Below are positions 47,406-60,595 of a stretch of DNA of 64,000 nt, piece after piece. Each line of letters starts with the position of its first letter. Within the stretch, counting starts at the first letter, position 1. The DNA is from Scyliorhinus canicula (lineage: Eukaryota): the NCBI RefSeq assembly GCF_902713615.1, contig NC_052147.1:254420886-254484885 (forward strand). The letters run 5' to 3'. The notes beneath the pieces were generated by a model. It saw only the letters and a program-made list of their open reading frames with translations. It was not told where the DNA came from and ran no database searches. Both the position numbers and the translations under genes were made by a program.

Positions 47406-49134
47406 ATTATATTTCTTCCTGTCTCCTGGCTGAGACAAAGATCTACAAAGGAATAAAGGATTATGTAGGGCAGGCAGGAAAGTGGAGTTAAAACCATAAT
47501 CGGATCAGGCATCATCTTATTGAATGGTAGAGCAGGCTGGATGGGCTCTGGTCTGCTCCTGCTCCTCTTATGTTGTTATGACCTTGTGAAGCACAAACTC
47601 TGACACATCTCTTTATCATTACAAACAAATGTTTTTGCTGTCCTCATACCACACACTCACAGCAATCTCTTCTTATACACCACCATTTTCAGAATCAGTA
47701 ACCCCTCCTATGATTCCTTCCCAACTTCACATTCCATGCGCTTGGCTTTCTATTCATGACCAGGTTACAGTACTGATGAGGTTATGTTCCTTTCCCTCTA
47801 CTCCAGGGAGCATCCTCGTTTACGTGAAGATTGCCAAATTGTGGCTTACGCAGTGAGCTTTACTTTGGAGCAGGGTAAGGAGGCGTGCCCTAAGTCTACT
47901 TAGCAAGAAGGGGGATTAAATCCCCCACTGTTGGTGGCATTCTGAATCATAGGCGAGCCATCTAGCCAATTGAGATAAGCAGGCCCCAAGAACTCATGTT
48001 ACTAGATAAATAATTTAAAGAACACAGGCAGCATTGGGGTCAAATGTGAGTCCCATCCTGCACCGTGTAAGGAGCAGCCATCCATCATTGATTTTACCTG
48101 CATTGCACAGCTAATGGCTAGAGGGCACGTTCACCATTCATTTAAGGACAGCAGACATACTCTCAAAGCTAATGGGCCAATAGGAAGCCCTCCAGAGCGA
48201 AAGAAACAGCAGCCTGTGATTGCAGGTAAGAGAGAGAGGGGGCACCTTAAGAAGGAGGCATTTGCTTAGATATTCTAAAACATTTGAAATAAAATATAGC
48301 CGCGGCTGCTACATCACCATTGTGGAGATAGAAGTCTTCCACAGGGTGGCATGTAGCCCAGTTACAGCCAAGTAGGCAGGGAGAGCCTTCAAGACTGCCC
48401 AGAGAGCTGACTCCCCTATCTTGGGCCTTCAAGGCTGACTGGAGAGGCAGCACACCCTATATTGGATCTTCAAGAGTGCCTTGAGAACTGATTCCTTGAT
48501 GTGCCACTGGAGGTTTTCCTACAGACACCTGCCATATTTCTAATGGCAAGTGGGTCTTCGGAAATTCTAGTTGGCCACTGCTTAATTAACCTCTAGTTAA
48601 GCACTGCTTAATTAACCTCTTAATGACCTTCACAAGATTCCTGCTGTTTATGGTTGGGTAGCTATTCTGCCCCCAATCTGTCCTTTAGGAAATGGCTCAA
48701 GTGTGAGGTGGTGCAGGTAAACCAGCACACTGGCCAGCTGCAAAAGATTATAGGCTCTCCCGCTTCTGCTCTCAACCCTTTATTAGGCCGCAAATCCTGC
48801 CCCATGCTCCTATCAATTCATTTTCAGAATGTCTTTTAAAAAAATCTGCAAGTAATAATTTGGGATTAGTAAAAGGAAACATGAAGCTGTCAGACTGTTA
48901 CAAAACTAATGCCCTTCAGTAAAGGAAACATTCCACCTTACCTGTCAAGCCCATATGCCAAAGTGGTTGGGTCTTAATTGCAATCTGTAATAAAATGGAT
49001 AAGCAAGGCACTCAGTTGTATCAGATAGCTTTCAAGAAGGTCGGCCATCATCTTCCCAAGGACAACTAGGGATGGGAAACAAAGACCTGCCTAGCCAGTA
49101 TTACCTGCATACATGGATCAAAGGGGAAAAAAAC

Positions 49135-49945
49135 ATTCTAATTGTGCACAATTCTGGTCACCACACTACCAGAAGGATGTGGAGGCTTTGGAGAGGGTGC
49201 AGAGGAGGTTTACCAGGATGTAGCCTGGTCTGGGGGGTATCAGCTATGCGGAGAGGCTGAATAGACTCGGACTGTTTTCATTAGAACAACAAAGGTTGAG
49301 GGGTGACCTGATAGAGGTCTACAAGATTATGAGGCGCATGGATATAGTGGATGGGCAGGCACTCTTTCCCAGAGTGGAGGGGTCAGTCACCAGGGGGCAT
49401 AGGTTTAAGGTCCATGGGTCAAGGTTTGGAAGAGATGTGCGAAGCACATTTTTTACACAGAGGGTGGTGAGTGGCTGGAAGGCGCTGCCAGGGGAGGTTG
49501 TGGAAGCAGATACATTAGTGGTGTTCAAAAGGCATCTCGACAATACATGGATAGGATGGGGATAGAGGGATACGGCACTAGGAAGTGCTGAGGGTTTTGG
49601 CCAAGGGTGGTGATGCACGATCAATAACTCCCGAAGCGAGATTGTAGGACAATTGAAGGCTTTATTGAACTAGATGTTTCCCCCAGCAGCGTAGGTGCAG
49701 AATGCAGCAGCTTGGGAAACACAGACTCTTATACTCCGCCTTACTGGCCGGAATCAGCAGGCAGGCTTCACCAGTGATCTTACAGAATCAGGTACCTCCA
49801 ACACCAATGATCTTACAGCATCAGGTATCTCCACCTAGGTACCGTAATACCCCTAATACCAACTACCACAGGTGGTATCATGACCGGTACAGGCTTGGAG
49901 GGCCGAAGGGCCTGGACTGTGCTGAATTGTTCTTTGTTCTTTGTT
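49135..49945 (+). mobile_element. CR1 3' fragment split by a solo LTR
   Basis: ORF 49296..49565 RGDLIEVYKIMRRMD..TRGHRFKV..FFTQRVV. (TTGTTCT)n tail. Confidence 0.85.
49611..49870 (-). mobile_element. Solo LTR (260 bp) with 5-bp TSD
   Basis: TG..CA termini. GGTGG at 49606-49610 and 49871-49875. Minus-strand AATAAA and TATAA. Confidence 0.85.
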
Positions 49946-51422
49946 CAATCCTTGCCTCTTCTCCAACTTTCAGCATGTAAACTACATGTCTCCACTGTCC
50001 TATTCAACAGCCATATACTAACTCTCATCCTCTTTCTGCAGCACCAAACAGCATTTAAGTTGGGGGAAAAAGTACACCTGACAGCATGGCCCTCATGCAA
50101 GCATGAAACTCGAAGATTAGTGTCCAGAGCAGAGCCATGAACACTGTGGAAGAGGATGCCGGAGGCTTTCCTGAGCAGGCCATCTGCACTTTACATATAA
50201 CTCTTCATATGCATCAGCAAAAGCTTTGCAACTTCAAGCTGAATTCTCAAGATTGTCCCCTGCTATTGTCCAGATTACCCGTGCCATGCTAACTCTTGTC
50301 CTTTTTCACTCTATTAATGAAACACAGCCTGCAATAACTAATCTACGCTGATTATGCAGAACAGGGGGAATAAGGGTGCAGGTGCACTTAGCAGGTAGCG
50401 TACTTACGCATGGAAAGTTAAGATGGTACAATGAGGATGCCAGCTGGGCAAGTAAAATAGCAGGAAATGATATAATAAGCATGATTCAGCCAAGAGAATA
50501 TGTGGTAGCTTTGGAATTCCCCCTCTGTGCATAGATACAAGACTGCGAGCATTTTTCGGCAGCCCTTCAGCGGGAATGTACAATTTCTCACGTAGCTCGG
50601 CAATGAATTGTTTATAGTCATTTTATTTGGGACATGAAGCAGAAATCTCATGCAATAAAATGTATTTCTTTGCACATTTTATCCAACCAAATTCTGCAGG
50701 ATTATTACGAAGAAAGGGATCTCATCACAGTGCGACAAATGTTGTCCCCATTCCACCTTGAAACTAGAAAACAATGGTATTTTGGAGCTTTGCTCCATCC
50801 GGGTTAGTTAGACGCATCCTTCACATTTAATAGACTTAGAAATATTTACTCAAAGATGTGTAAAAAGTATTTTTCTCCTCCATGGAGTCCTAAGTGGCAT
50901 GACATAATGAACTTCAAATTAAAGAGATACAGTTTAGCCTTGGTTGGATGCGCCATATTAATATTGCCTTCGTCGTGAAACCACAAATTGCCCACTTTAA
51001 GGGTGATAGCTGTTTCCCCCCTCTTTACTCTGTCCAGCCCCCACATCATTTTGAACATCTCTATCAAATTGATCACATTGTTGCTACATTGGAAATTATT
51101 AGAGTTTACCCCCTATCTGAACGTCTTTTCAAGGTATTGGGGGAACAAAAACATCTTGCATTATTAAATATGGCATTGTTTGTACTGTTCCTAAGACTTG
51201 TAAGTTAAATAAACTGTTGTACATTTATCGAATACTATTCAAGATAAACTAAGTATATTTGCGAATGTATAAATATATGAAATATGTATTTAATCAAGTC
51301 TATAGTTTTGATCTTGTAGCACTAAACTCAGTCTTTCTGAAGACACCTCATCAGCTGTATGATTTCCATACTACCAATGACTTATCGAGTACTCTATTGA
51401 ACATCATTTCCTCCTGAGATTT

Positions 51423-51580
51423 ATCATAGAATCATGGAACTTACAGTGCAAAAGGAAGCCATTTGGCCCATCGAGTCTGCGCTGGCTCTTGGAAAGAGCA
51501 CCCTACCTAAGCCCATACCACCACCCTCTCCCCATAACCCAGTAACCCCACCTAACACTGAGGGCAATTTTGGGCACTAG
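51423..51580 (-). mobile_element. HE1 SINE / HER1 3' tail fragment
   Basis: Reverse complement of the HE1 tail. Confidence 0.7.
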
Positions 51581-52190
51581 GGATGCTCCTAATGAGTCAA
51601 CCAAATTTAGTCCTTTTGAACTAATCTTTGGTCATGCGGTAAGAGGACCACGTAGATCGATTAAGGAAAAATTGGTGAGTGAGAAGTCGGAAATTATATT
51701 ATTGGATTACGTGTCAAATTTTAGGGAATGATTAAATAGAGCAGGTGAATTGGCTCGACAACATTTTAAAGTTGCACAAAATGTGATGAAATGGCTAGCG
51801 GACAAGAAATCCAAAGTCTGTTGTTTTACCAGTGGACATAAAGTTTTAGTGTTGTTACCAGTGGCAGGTGAACCTTTAAAAGCAAGGTTTTGTGCACCTC
51901 ATCAGATTGAAAGAAAATTAAGTGAGGTGAATTATGTGCTAAAAACACCAGATAGAAGGAAGACTCACCGAGTGTGTCATGTGAATATGCTTAAAAGGTT
52001 CTTTGAAAGGGAAGGAGAGAAAAAGGAGGAGGTTTTCATGATTCTAACTCAAAGTGACGAACCAAATCCAGATGACTGTGAATTTGACATACCTCAAATT
52101 AAATTGGAAAACGAGGTTGTTCTTAAAAATTGGGATAAATTGTTGCGTTACCTTCCAGAGGAATAACGAACTGACCCGAAAGAGTTATTT
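51578..52190 (+). pseudogene. Gypsy pol fragment (integrase C-terminal region)
   Basis: RDAPNESTKFSPFELIFGHAVRGP, then GHKVLVLLP..LKARFCAPHQIERKLSEVNYV..CHVNMLKRF (GPY/F-type module). Confidence 0.85.
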
Positions 52191-52231
52191 TTAGAGATTT
52201 AGTTGAGCTTGATTAAGAGCAGCATTGTTTT

Positions 52232-53700
52232 CTTTTACATTTTTTCATGGGATGTGAGCATTATTGGCAAGGCCAGCATTAGTAGCCTTTTCCTAATTGC
52301 CAGTGAGAAAGTAGTGGTGAGCCAATTTCTTGAACTGCTATAGTCTATCTGGAGTAAGTACATCCATAATGCTAACAGGAAGAGAGTTCCAGGTTTTTGG
52401 TCCAGCGACAGTGAAGGAACGGTTGTGTAGTTCCAAGTCACAATGGTGTATGGCTTGGAGGGAGACTTGGAGGTGGCGGTGTTCCCTTGCGTCTGTTGCC
52501 ATTGTCAATCTTGGGTGGTAGTTGCCGTGAATTTGAAAGGTGTTGTCGAAGGAGGCTTGGAGAGTTGCTGCAATGCATCATATACTACAGTCTGTTGCCA
52601 CTTGTGTCAGTGGTGGAGGGACTGAATGTTTAGGGTGGTGGATGGAGGGGTCGAACAGCAGGCTGCTTTGGCCTGGATGGTGGCAAGCTCCTTGAATGTT
52701 GCTGGAGCTGCACTAATTCAGGCAAACAAGATGTATTCTCATGCACTCCTGACTTGAGCCTTGTGGATGATGGACAGGCTTTGGGGAGTCAAGAGGGGAG
52801 TGACTTGAAATGGCACGGTAGCACAGTGGTTAGCACTGTTGCTTCACAGCGCCAGGTTCCCGGGTTGGATTCCCACTTGCGTCACTGCCTGGCTCGAGTC
52901 TGTCCGCGTGGGCTTCCTCCGGGTGCTCCGGTTTCCTCCCACAAGTCCCGAAAGACGTACTTATTAGATGAATTGGACATTCTGAATTCGCCCTCTGTGT
53001 ACCCGAACAGGAGCCCAAGTGTGGCGACGAGGGGCTTTTCACAGTAACTTCATCACAGTGTTAATGTAAGCCTACTTGTGACAATAATAAAGAATATTAT
53101 TATTTATTGCCACAGAATTTGCAGCCTCTGACCTGCTCTTGCAACTACAGTGGCTGGTCCAATTAAGTCTCTGGAAAGTGGTAACCTCCAGGATGTTGAT
53201 GGTAGGGATTCAGTGATGGTAATACCGATGAATGTTAAGGTAATGCAGATAGATTATTTCTTGTTGGAGGTGGTTATTGCCAGGCACTTACGTGTTGTGA
53301 ATGTTACTTACCACTTATTAGCCCAAGCTTGAACAATGTCCAGGGTTTGCTGTATATGAGCGCAAACTGCCTCAGGATCTAAAGAGTTGTAAATAGTACT
53401 GAACACTGTGCAATCATCAGCGAACATCTTCATTTTTTGACCTTATGATGAAAGGAATGTAATCGATGAAGCCACTGAAGATGGTTGAGCCTCGGACTCT
53501 AGCCTGAGGGACTGCCACAGTGATGTCCTGGGACTGAGATGATTGCGCTCCAACAACCACAATCATCTTCTTTTGTGTTAGATATAACTCGAAATGGTGG
53601 ACACTTACCTCCCAATTCCCATTGACATCAATTTTGCTCGGTTTCCTTGATGCCACACCCAGTCAAATACTACCTTGATATCATTTGCACCTCACCTCAC
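52232..53700 (-). mobile_element. CR1-type LINE 3' fragment
   Basis: Same family as 23458-27540. RT remnant VPQARVRGSTIFSGFIDY in ORF 53417..53656. Confidence 0.75.
52810..53105 (+). mobile_element. HE1-head SINE with L2-type (ATT)n tail
   Basis: Same subfamily as 35636-35935. Confidence 0.8.
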
Positions 53701-53879
53701 CCTACGGGAATGTTGATGTAGTGATCATGTTATTGGACTAATGATCCAGAGGCACAGGCTAAAGGTCTGGGGAGAGGAGATCAAAATCCACCATGGCAAC
53801 TAATGTAATTTAAAATCATTCAGCACTTTCTGACCAATCCTGAGTGCACTAATAACTACACTGGCAACCAGTTTAAGAT

Positions 53880-56800
53880 AATTAGTTGAGGTCATAATGT
53901 GGTTCATTCATTCACGGGAAGGCAGTGCAGGGGTCCCCTGCGGTCATCTTCCTCCAAAACAGGTGTACTGTTTTGGATACCGTTGAGGGAGATGGCTCAC
54001 CAGTGGAAGGCAGCAGTAGCCAGGTTCATGGCACTGTGGCTGGCTCTGCTGCAGAGGAGGGCAGGAAAAAGAGTGGTACAGTTGTAGTGATAGGGGATTT
54101 GATTGTAAAGGGAGTAGACAGGTGTTTCTGTGGACACAAACAAGACTCCAGGGAGGCATGTTGCCTCCCAGGTGCAAGGGTCCGGGATGTCTCAGAGCGG
54201 CTGCACAACATTCTAAAGGGGAGGGTGAACAGCCAGCTGTTGTGGTGCATATAGGCACCACCAATGTAGGAAAAAACGGGATGGGGTCCCACATGCTGAA
54301 TTTAGGGAGTTAGGAGATAAACTAAAAAGTAGGCCCTCAAAGGTAGTAATCTTAGGATTGCTACCAGTTCCATGTGCTAGTCAGAATTGGAATGACAGGA
54401 TAGGCAGGATGAATGCATGGCTTGAGAGATGGTGCAGGAGGGAGGGATTCAGATTTTTGGGACATTGGAACCAGTTCTGGGAGAGGTGGGACCATTACAA
54501 ATTGGACGGTCTACACCTGGGCAGGACTGGAACCAATGTCCTAGGGGGGTTGTTTGCTTGCGATGTTGGGGAGGGTTTAAACTAATGTGACAGAGGAATG
54601 GGAACCGATACAGGAAGTTAGAGGGTAGCAAAGGGGGGACAGAAACAAAAGCTAGTAAGGAGCAAAGTGGAAGGCAGAGAAAAGGATTGAACTGCCCAGT
54701 ATGGCAGGGGGGCGGGAACCAGAGCAGTAGTTCAGCAGGTAAAATAACTGAGGGAGAGCTACAGCCTAAAGCCAATAAGATTAAGAGGAAGAGCAGGCAG
54801 GGAGTGGTTGGTGAACGCAGCAGGGTTGGTGGGCTGAAGTGCATTAGTTTCAATGCAAGGAGTATTTCAGGTAAGACAGATGAACTTAGAGCTTGGGTTA
54901 GTATGTGGAATTAAGGTGTTGTTACTATTACAGAAACTTGGTTGAAAGAGGGACAGGATTGGCAACTAAACATTCCAGGATAGAGGGGGATGCAAAAGGG
55001 GTGGGGGAGTTGCATTATTTTTTATTGGTTAAGGAGAAAATCAAAGCTGTGCTGAAGTGGGACACCTTGGAGAGTTCAGGCAGCGACGCAATCTGGGTAG
55101 AGCTCAGTAATAGGAAGGGGGCTGTCACAGTGTTGGGGGTTTGCTACAGACCTAACAGCCAGCGGGAGATAGAGAAGCAGATATGCAGACAGATCTTGAA
55201 AAGATGCAAATACAATAGGGTTGTCGTGGTGGGTGATTTTAACTTTCCCTATATTGACTGGGACACACTTACTGCAACAGGCATGGATGGAGCAGAATTT
55301 GTATTGAGTGTCCAGCAGGGTTTCTTGAAGCAATATGTAAATAGCCCAACCCGAGAAGGGGCCATATTAGGCCTGGTGCTGGGAAATGAGCGCGGCCAGA
55401 TGATCGAAGTTTCAGTGGGAGATCATTTCGGGGGAACAGTGATTATAATTCTGTAAGTGTTAAGCTGCTTATGGAAAAGGGCAAGAGTGGTCCTCAGGTA
55501 AAGGTGTTAGACTGGGGGAAGGCTAATGACAACAGCTTTAGGCAGGATCTGGAGAGTGTTGACTGGGCGAGGCTGTTTGAGGGAAAATCAACATCCGGCA
55601 TGTGGGAGGCTTTCAAATGTCAGTTGATTAGGATTCAGGACCGGCATGTATCTGTGAGGACGAAAGATAAGGGCGGCAAGTGTAGGAAACCCTGGATAAC
55701 GAGGGATATCATGAATCTTGTCAAAAAGAAAAAGGAAGCATTCATAAGGTCCAAAAGGCTTATGACGATGAAGCCCTTGAAGAATATAAAGCAAGTAGGA
55801 AGGAACTCAAGGTAGGAGTTAGGAAGGCGAAAAGGGGTCATGAAATATCATTGGCAAACAGGATTAAGGAAAATCCTAAGGTGTTTTATACATATTTAAA
55901 GAGCAAGAGGGTAGCCAGAGGAAAGGTTGGTCCATTCAAGGATATTGGAGGGAATCTATGTATGGTACCAGAGAAAATGGGAGAGATACTAAATGAATAC
56001 TTTGCCTCAGTATTCACCAAAGAGAAGGACTTGGTGGATGAGGAGTACAGGGTCGAGTGTGTAGATATTCTGAGTCATGTTGATACTAATAAAGAGGAGG
56101 TGTTGGGCATCTTAAAAAGCATTAAAATATATAAGTCCTCAGGGCCTGATGGGATCTACCCTAGAATACTGTGGAAGGCAAGGGAGGAAATTGCTGGGTT
56201 CTTGACAGTAATCTTTGTATCCACATTGGCTACAGGTGAAGTTCCAGAAGACTGGAGAGTAGCCAACGTTATTCCATTGTTAAGAAGAGCAGCAGGGATA
56301 ATCCAGGAAATGATAGGCCGGTGAGCCTTACGTCAGTGTTAGGGAAATTTTTGGAAAAGGTTATTAGAGATAGGATTTACTCACATTTGGAAACAAATAG
56401 GCTTATTAGTGATGGGCAGCATGGTTTTGTGAAGAGGAGGTCGTGCCTCACTAATTTGATCGAGTTTTTCGAGGAAGTGACAAAGATGGTAGATGAGGGA
56501 AAGCCTTTGACAAAGTGCCTCATGGTAGACTGGTACAAAAGGTGAAGTCACATGGAATCAGAGGAGAGCTCGCAAGTTGGATACAGAACTGGCTTGGGCA
56601 CAGAAGACAGAGGGTAGCAGCAGAAGGGTGGTTTTCTGAATGGAAGGCAGTGAGTCGCGGCATTCCACAGGGATCAGTCCTGGGGCCTTTGTTGTTCATA
56701 GTGTATATAAATGATTTGGAAGAAAATGTAGCTGAACGACACAAAAATTGGTGGAGTTGCGGATAGTGTAGAGGATTGTCAGAGGATACAGCAGGATATA

Positions 56801-57097
56801 AACTGGTTGGAGTCTTGGGCGGAGAAATGACAGATGGAGTTTAATCTGGACAAGTGTGAGGTAATGCACTTTGGAAGGTCCAATGCATGTAGGAATTACA
56901 CAATAAATGGTAGAACTCTTGCGAGTACTTGCAGGCCGAGAGATCTGGGCGTGCATGTCCACCGATCACTGAAAGTGGCAAACCATGTGGATAAGGTGGT
57001 CAAGAAGGAAAATGGCATGCTGGCCTTCATCGATCGGGGCAATGAATATAAAAATTTGCAAGAAATATTGCAGCTGTGCAGGACCTTAGTTAGGCCT

Positions 57098-57128
<31 letters not shown>

Positions 57129-57648
57129 CACACTACCAGAAAGATGTGGATGCTTTGGAGAGCGCACATAAGTGGCTTACTAGGATATTGCCTGGTATGG
57201 AGGGCATTAGCTATGAGGAGAGGTTAAATAACCTTGATCTGTTCTCCCTGAAACGACGGAAGTTGAGAGGCGACCTGATAGAGGTCTACAAGATTATGAG
57301 TGGCATGGACAGAGTGGATAGTTAGATGCTCTTTCCTAGGGTAGAAGAGTCAAGTACTAGGGGACATAGGTTTAAAGTGCGTGGGGAAAAGTTTAGAACG
57401 GTTGTGCGAGGCAAGTTTTTTTACACAGAGGGAAGTAAATGTATATATATACTGCCTTTGGAGGTGGTGGGAGCAGATACGAAAGCGGCATTTAAGACAT
57501 CGAGGCAAATATATGAGTAGAATGGGAATTGAAGGACACGGACTCCATAAGTGCATACGGTTTTAGTTTAGGCAGGTATCATGCTCGGTGCAGGCTTGGA
57601 GGGCCGAAAGGCTTGTTCCTGTGCTGTATTGTTCTTTGTTCTTTATTC
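53880..57648 (+). mobile_element. Near full-length decayed CR1 (HER1-like): ORF1 esterase, ORF2 APE and RT
   Basis: ORF1 SGNH-like blocks VVVIGDLIV, CLPGARVRDV, VVHIGTTNV, DGLHL. APE motifs FNARSI, VVVGDFNFP, PTREGAIL. RT motifs KSSGPDGIYP, GIPQGSVLGPLLF, LVRPHLEYCVQFW. Many frameshifts and stops. Confidence 0.92.
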
Positions 57649-58241
57649 TTTGCAAACAAAAGGAATATATTCAAGCCTCTTTTTTGAATTACTCCAGAAC
57701 TTCGGGAGCCTGTAGTTCCCTGTTGCTTTCACCATGGCTATGCCATGGCCAATTAGATTTCACTTTCCAAGCTTTTTTTCCCGTAGTGTAAATTGTTGTA
57801 ATCATTTGAATTTTTCATTCTTGCATTTGGCCTGATGGGTGTCAGATGGAAATTTTGAGCAACGTGTCTCTCTCTTCAGCAATATTCAATTCTGCACTCC
57901 CAAGTTTCTGTTTAAAGCCTAGTAATTAATAGATCTTGAGTTAATTCAAGCTAGTCTCAATAATAGTGAAGCATTTTAAAGGTTCCATTTTTTTTCCAAT
58001 GCATTAAGCTGTTCATTATCAATTGGGCTGAATTTAACTTGAACACATGTTAATGTAAGCCTACTGGTGACAATAAAGATTATTATTATTATCAAATGAA
58101 CTAAAGAACCCCAGTAGCCAGGGGTTGGAAGGGGTGAAATTTAATGGATGGCCAATCCGATATAGCTTGCATTATTTTGCCATCCAAATGAATTCCTATC
58201 CTTAACTAATATGTAGCTGCCCTTTAGGGGCATCCTTCTAT

Positions 58242-58440
58242 AGGGGCTGGTTTAGCACAGTGCATTAAACAGCTGGCTTGTAATGTAGAGCAAGGCCAGC
58301 AGGGCGGGTTCAATTCCTGTACCAGCCTTCCCAAACAGGCGCCAGAAGGTGGCGACTAGGGGCTTTTCACAGTAACTTCATTAAAGCCTACTTGAGACAA
58401 AAAGCGTTTATTATATTATTTGTATTATTATATTATTATT
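58242..58440 (+). mobile_element. Short tRNA-derived SINE with L2-type (ATT)n tail
   Basis: GGGCTGGTTTAGCACAG head, GGTTCAATTCC B box, GGCGACTAGGGGCTTTTCACAGTAACTTC tail. Confidence 0.75.
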
Positions 58441-58642
58441 CTGCTTTCCAGATTATGTATGGCCTTTAGAATGGATTGGCCCTGGGCTTTTCAGATAGTA
58501 GACTGGAGAAAGGACAATGTGCTTCTATAAGGCGGGTCTTTACTTGACAGTTTCTCTCCCTTCCCTCACTTACCTGGACATAACCATTTGTTATTATGTA
58601 CTCTACTCAGCAGCTCTGCAGAAACTAATAGGCTGCAATAAT

Positions 58643-58980
58643 GGGGCAGCACGGTGGCACAGTGGTTAGCACTGCCACCTCACAAAGCCAAAGACTGGAT
58701 TCAATTCCTGCCATGAGTGACTGCCTGTGTGGAGTTAGCACATTCTCCTTGTGCCTGCGTGGGTTTCTTTTGGATGTTTCGGTTTCCTCCACACTCCAAA
58801 GATGTGCAGTTTAGGTGGATTATCCATGCTAAATTGCCCTTTGGTGTCCAAAAATGTACAGATTAAGTGGGGTTATGGGGATAGGGCAGGAGAGTGGGCC
58901 TATGTAGGGTGATCTTTCAGAGGATCGGTGCAGACTTGATGGGCCAAATGGCCTCTTTCTGCACTGTAGGGATTCTATGC
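58643..58980 (+). mobile_element. HE1-like SINE (CR1 tail)
   Basis: Full head, V-domain and tail. Confidence 0.88.
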
Positions 58981-59019
58981 AAGTTCAAGTAAAATGCGTG
59001 CAATAAAGAAATAAGAAAT

Positions 59020-59875
59020 TTACAAATGGATATGGAATGGGCCAAAATTTGGCAGATGGAGTTTAACATGGATAAGTGTGCTGTTATCCATTTTGGTCAG
59101 AAAAATAGAAAGGCAACTTATCTAAATGGAGAGGAACTTCAGAGTGCTTCAGTGCAGAAGGATTTGGGTGCCCTTGTGTATGAATCAGAGAAAACTAATA
59201 TGCACATGCAGCAGGTAACAAGGAAGGCAGATTGAATTTTGGCATTTATTGCTAAAGGAATAGAATATAAAAACAGGGAAGTATTGCTGCTACTGTACAA
59301 AGCATTAGTGAGACCCCATCTGGAGTACTGTGCACAGGTTTGGTCCTGTTACCTGAGGAGGGATATAATTGCATCAGAGGCAGTTCAGAGGATGTTCACT
59401 AGATTGATTCCAGAGATGAGAGTTTTGCCCAACGAAGAGAGATTAAGCGGTTTAGGCCTGTACTCTCTTGAGTTTAGAAGAACGAGAGATCTAATTAAGT
59501 AATACATATGATGATAAAGGGGTTTGACAAAGTAGACGTAGAGAGGTGGTTTCCTTTTGAGGGACAATTTAGACGAGAGGTCATAATTTTAAGATAAGGG
59601 GGAGCATATTTAAAACAGAGACAAGGAAAAATTACTTGTCTCAAAGGGTCGTGAATCTGTGGAATTCACTACCCCAGAGTACGGTGGATGACTGGACATA
59701 AAGTCAATTTAAGGAAAAGATAGGCAGATTTTTACTTAGTAATGGGTTGAAGGGTTATGGTGAATGGGCAGGAAAGTGGAGTTGAGGCCGAGATAAGATC
59801 AGCCATGCTCGTATTCAAAGGCCATAGCAGGCTTGAGGGGCTGAATTGCCTACTCCTGCTCCTGGTACTTATGTT
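59020..59875 (+). mobile_element. CR1 3' fragment
   Basis: WQMEFNMDKCAVIHFG and LYKALVRPHLEYCAQVW in ORFs 59026..59235 and 59239..59502. Confidence 0.88.
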
Positions 59876-60595
59876 AGCATCACTTGCAGTTGCACTTCAA
59901 ACTGATTGTACCAGAGGATCAAGGAGCTGCCCCTGAAACTTCCAGGGCGCAACAAGAAAGCCTTTATGTTGATCTGACCACAAGGAGGCTTGAAAGCATC
60001 TCTGTGCAAATGCTGATGGGTATTGGAATACTTCCTTCAGGTCATCATTAGTACAGTGAGTTTGCTTGCATTTTTCAAAACACACGGTTACATTATTTTT
60101 ACTCTACTTCCACGTAAACAATTTTTTGCAAATGTGTAGAACATTGAATATTTTTCTATTCACATTGTTTAATTTAAAATACATTAGATGAAAACAGTGA
60201 TTCTCATTCAGAGGCACTACATTGGTGCTATTATAATTAAACATCATCGAGATTTACCACACACTTTTATAAATCTCGCAAAAATGCAGCTTAAGTAAGT
60301 GTGGGACAGTTAATTAGATATTTGATTCAAGCACATCTCACTGGAGTGCAAAAATAATCTGAACATTCAATTTCTAAATGTAATCAAATTATGTCATTCT
60401 AAATATTTAGGTCTTAAATTGCCAATAGGAGCCAGTTCCTTCAGTCTTGTACCTGAAATAAATCTCCTGAGATTAATTTTTATGGAGACCATGCTGTTTG
60501 TAGTGATTAGATTTCAAATTTCACCAATTTCACAATGAGGACACATTGAAACAAGCCAAACAAAGGATGGTGTATCCTTCCGGACATTTATCGGT

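Noticed and set aside
59890-60055. Possible plus-strand exon (cag|TTGCACTTC...|gtgagt) with a 53-codon open frame
   Set aside because: Weak polypyrimidine tract next to a CR1 tail, a stop before the donor, and an unrecognised peptide.
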